In this document: in pieces, positions 63,639-64,000 of the stretch | How positions within the stretch are numbered: position 1 is the stretch's first letter | Layout of the letters: every line of letters begins with the position of its first letter | NCBI GenBank assembly: GCA_046350755.1 | Contig: JAXLZV010000001.1 | Location: forward strand, 160,216 to 224,215 | Direction of reading: 5' to 3' | DNA: 64,000 bases | DNA from: Candidatus Saccharimonadota bacterium | GTDB taxonomy: Bacteria > Patescibacteriota > Saccharimonadia > CAILAD01 > GCA-016700035 | Translations under genes and position numbers: made by a program | The notes under the pieces: generated by a model | What the model was told of the DNA's origin: nothing | The model's input: the letters and a program-made list of their open reading frames with translations, nothing else | The model's database searches: none

Positions 63639-63685
63639 TACTCCTAATCCCAATGAAAAAACACCCTATTTGGGTGCTTTTTCAT

Positions 63686-63773
63686 TGGTGCGGACGAGAA
63701 GACTCGAACTTCCACGCCCTAAACGGGCACCAGCCCCTCAAGCTGGCGTGTCTACCAGTTCCACCACGTCCGC
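63686..63773 (-). tRNA. tRNA-Leu (GAG)
   Basis: CCAGC-TTGAGGG-GCTGG, long variable arm, CCA. Confidence 0.95.
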
Positions 63774-63841
63774 ACGTAGTTAGCTGCTATGCGTCAATTC
63801 ACGCAAAACAGCGCTTATTCTATCAGAAAAGCCGGTACCTG

Positions 63842-64000
63842 TCAGCCCCACAGATTGATGTACGGTGTGACTACCAAGGCCAGGCCCATAGCAATCGCCA
63901 ACGGCACGAGCACAACCATATTGAAATAGTAATACACTTCTTTCGGCTCATTCCAGATCGTCTTCTGTGACTTTGGTAGCTTTTTCCAATCAGCTCGATA
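63842..64000 (-). CDS. 3' end of a hypothetical membrane protein (partial)
   Basis: Open frame YRADWKKLPK...VVLVPLAIAMGLALVVTPYINLWG-stop. Confidence 0.5.
   Translation of the reverse strand, partial: YRADWKKLPKSQKTIWNEPKEVYYYFNMVVLVPLAIAMGLALVVTPYINLWG

Noticed and set aside
63497-63970. 157-aa plus-strand ORF, and similar short ORFs at 56895, 57252, 62423 and 62435
   Set aside because: Overlap clear tRNA genes

Overview
64-kb chromosomal segment of a small-genome bacterium, most likely Patescibacteria/CPR (Saccharimonadia-like; inferred from gene content and organisation, not from a search). The backbone is housekeeping genes, almost all on the minus strand: fusA start, rpsG-rpsL, rpoC-rpoB, tig-clpP, tyrS-recG-rsmD, nusA-clpC-radA-PIN/TRAM, rplS-rnhB-yraN, dnaE, gatCAB, ligA, lemA-htpX. 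A class A PBP lies on the plus strand, and there are nine tRNAs on both strands. No integrase, transposase, CRISPR array or rRNA was seen. The main unexplained feature is two gene-expression grammars. Many core genes have a -10 hexamer only about 6-11 nt before the start codon and no Shine-Dalgarno (SD). About ten scattered accessory units (pyrC, pyrD, a gmk-like gene, an HTH + MORC-like GHKL ATPase pair, a zincin lipoprotein, several orphans) mostly have a full -35/-10 promoter, a purine-rich ribosome-binding site and their own terminator. Seven of them share an exact GTACCT leader motif. Some of these units interrupt conserved operons (str; rplS-rnhB). Other points of note: CIRCE-like operators at tig-clpP and nusA-clpC, a motif shared by the rpoB and fusA leaders, a membrane-anchored Clp ATPase lacking pore loops, a TM-HEPN-like gene inside gatCAB, rifampicin-pocket substitutions in RpoB, and two candidate structured RNAs.
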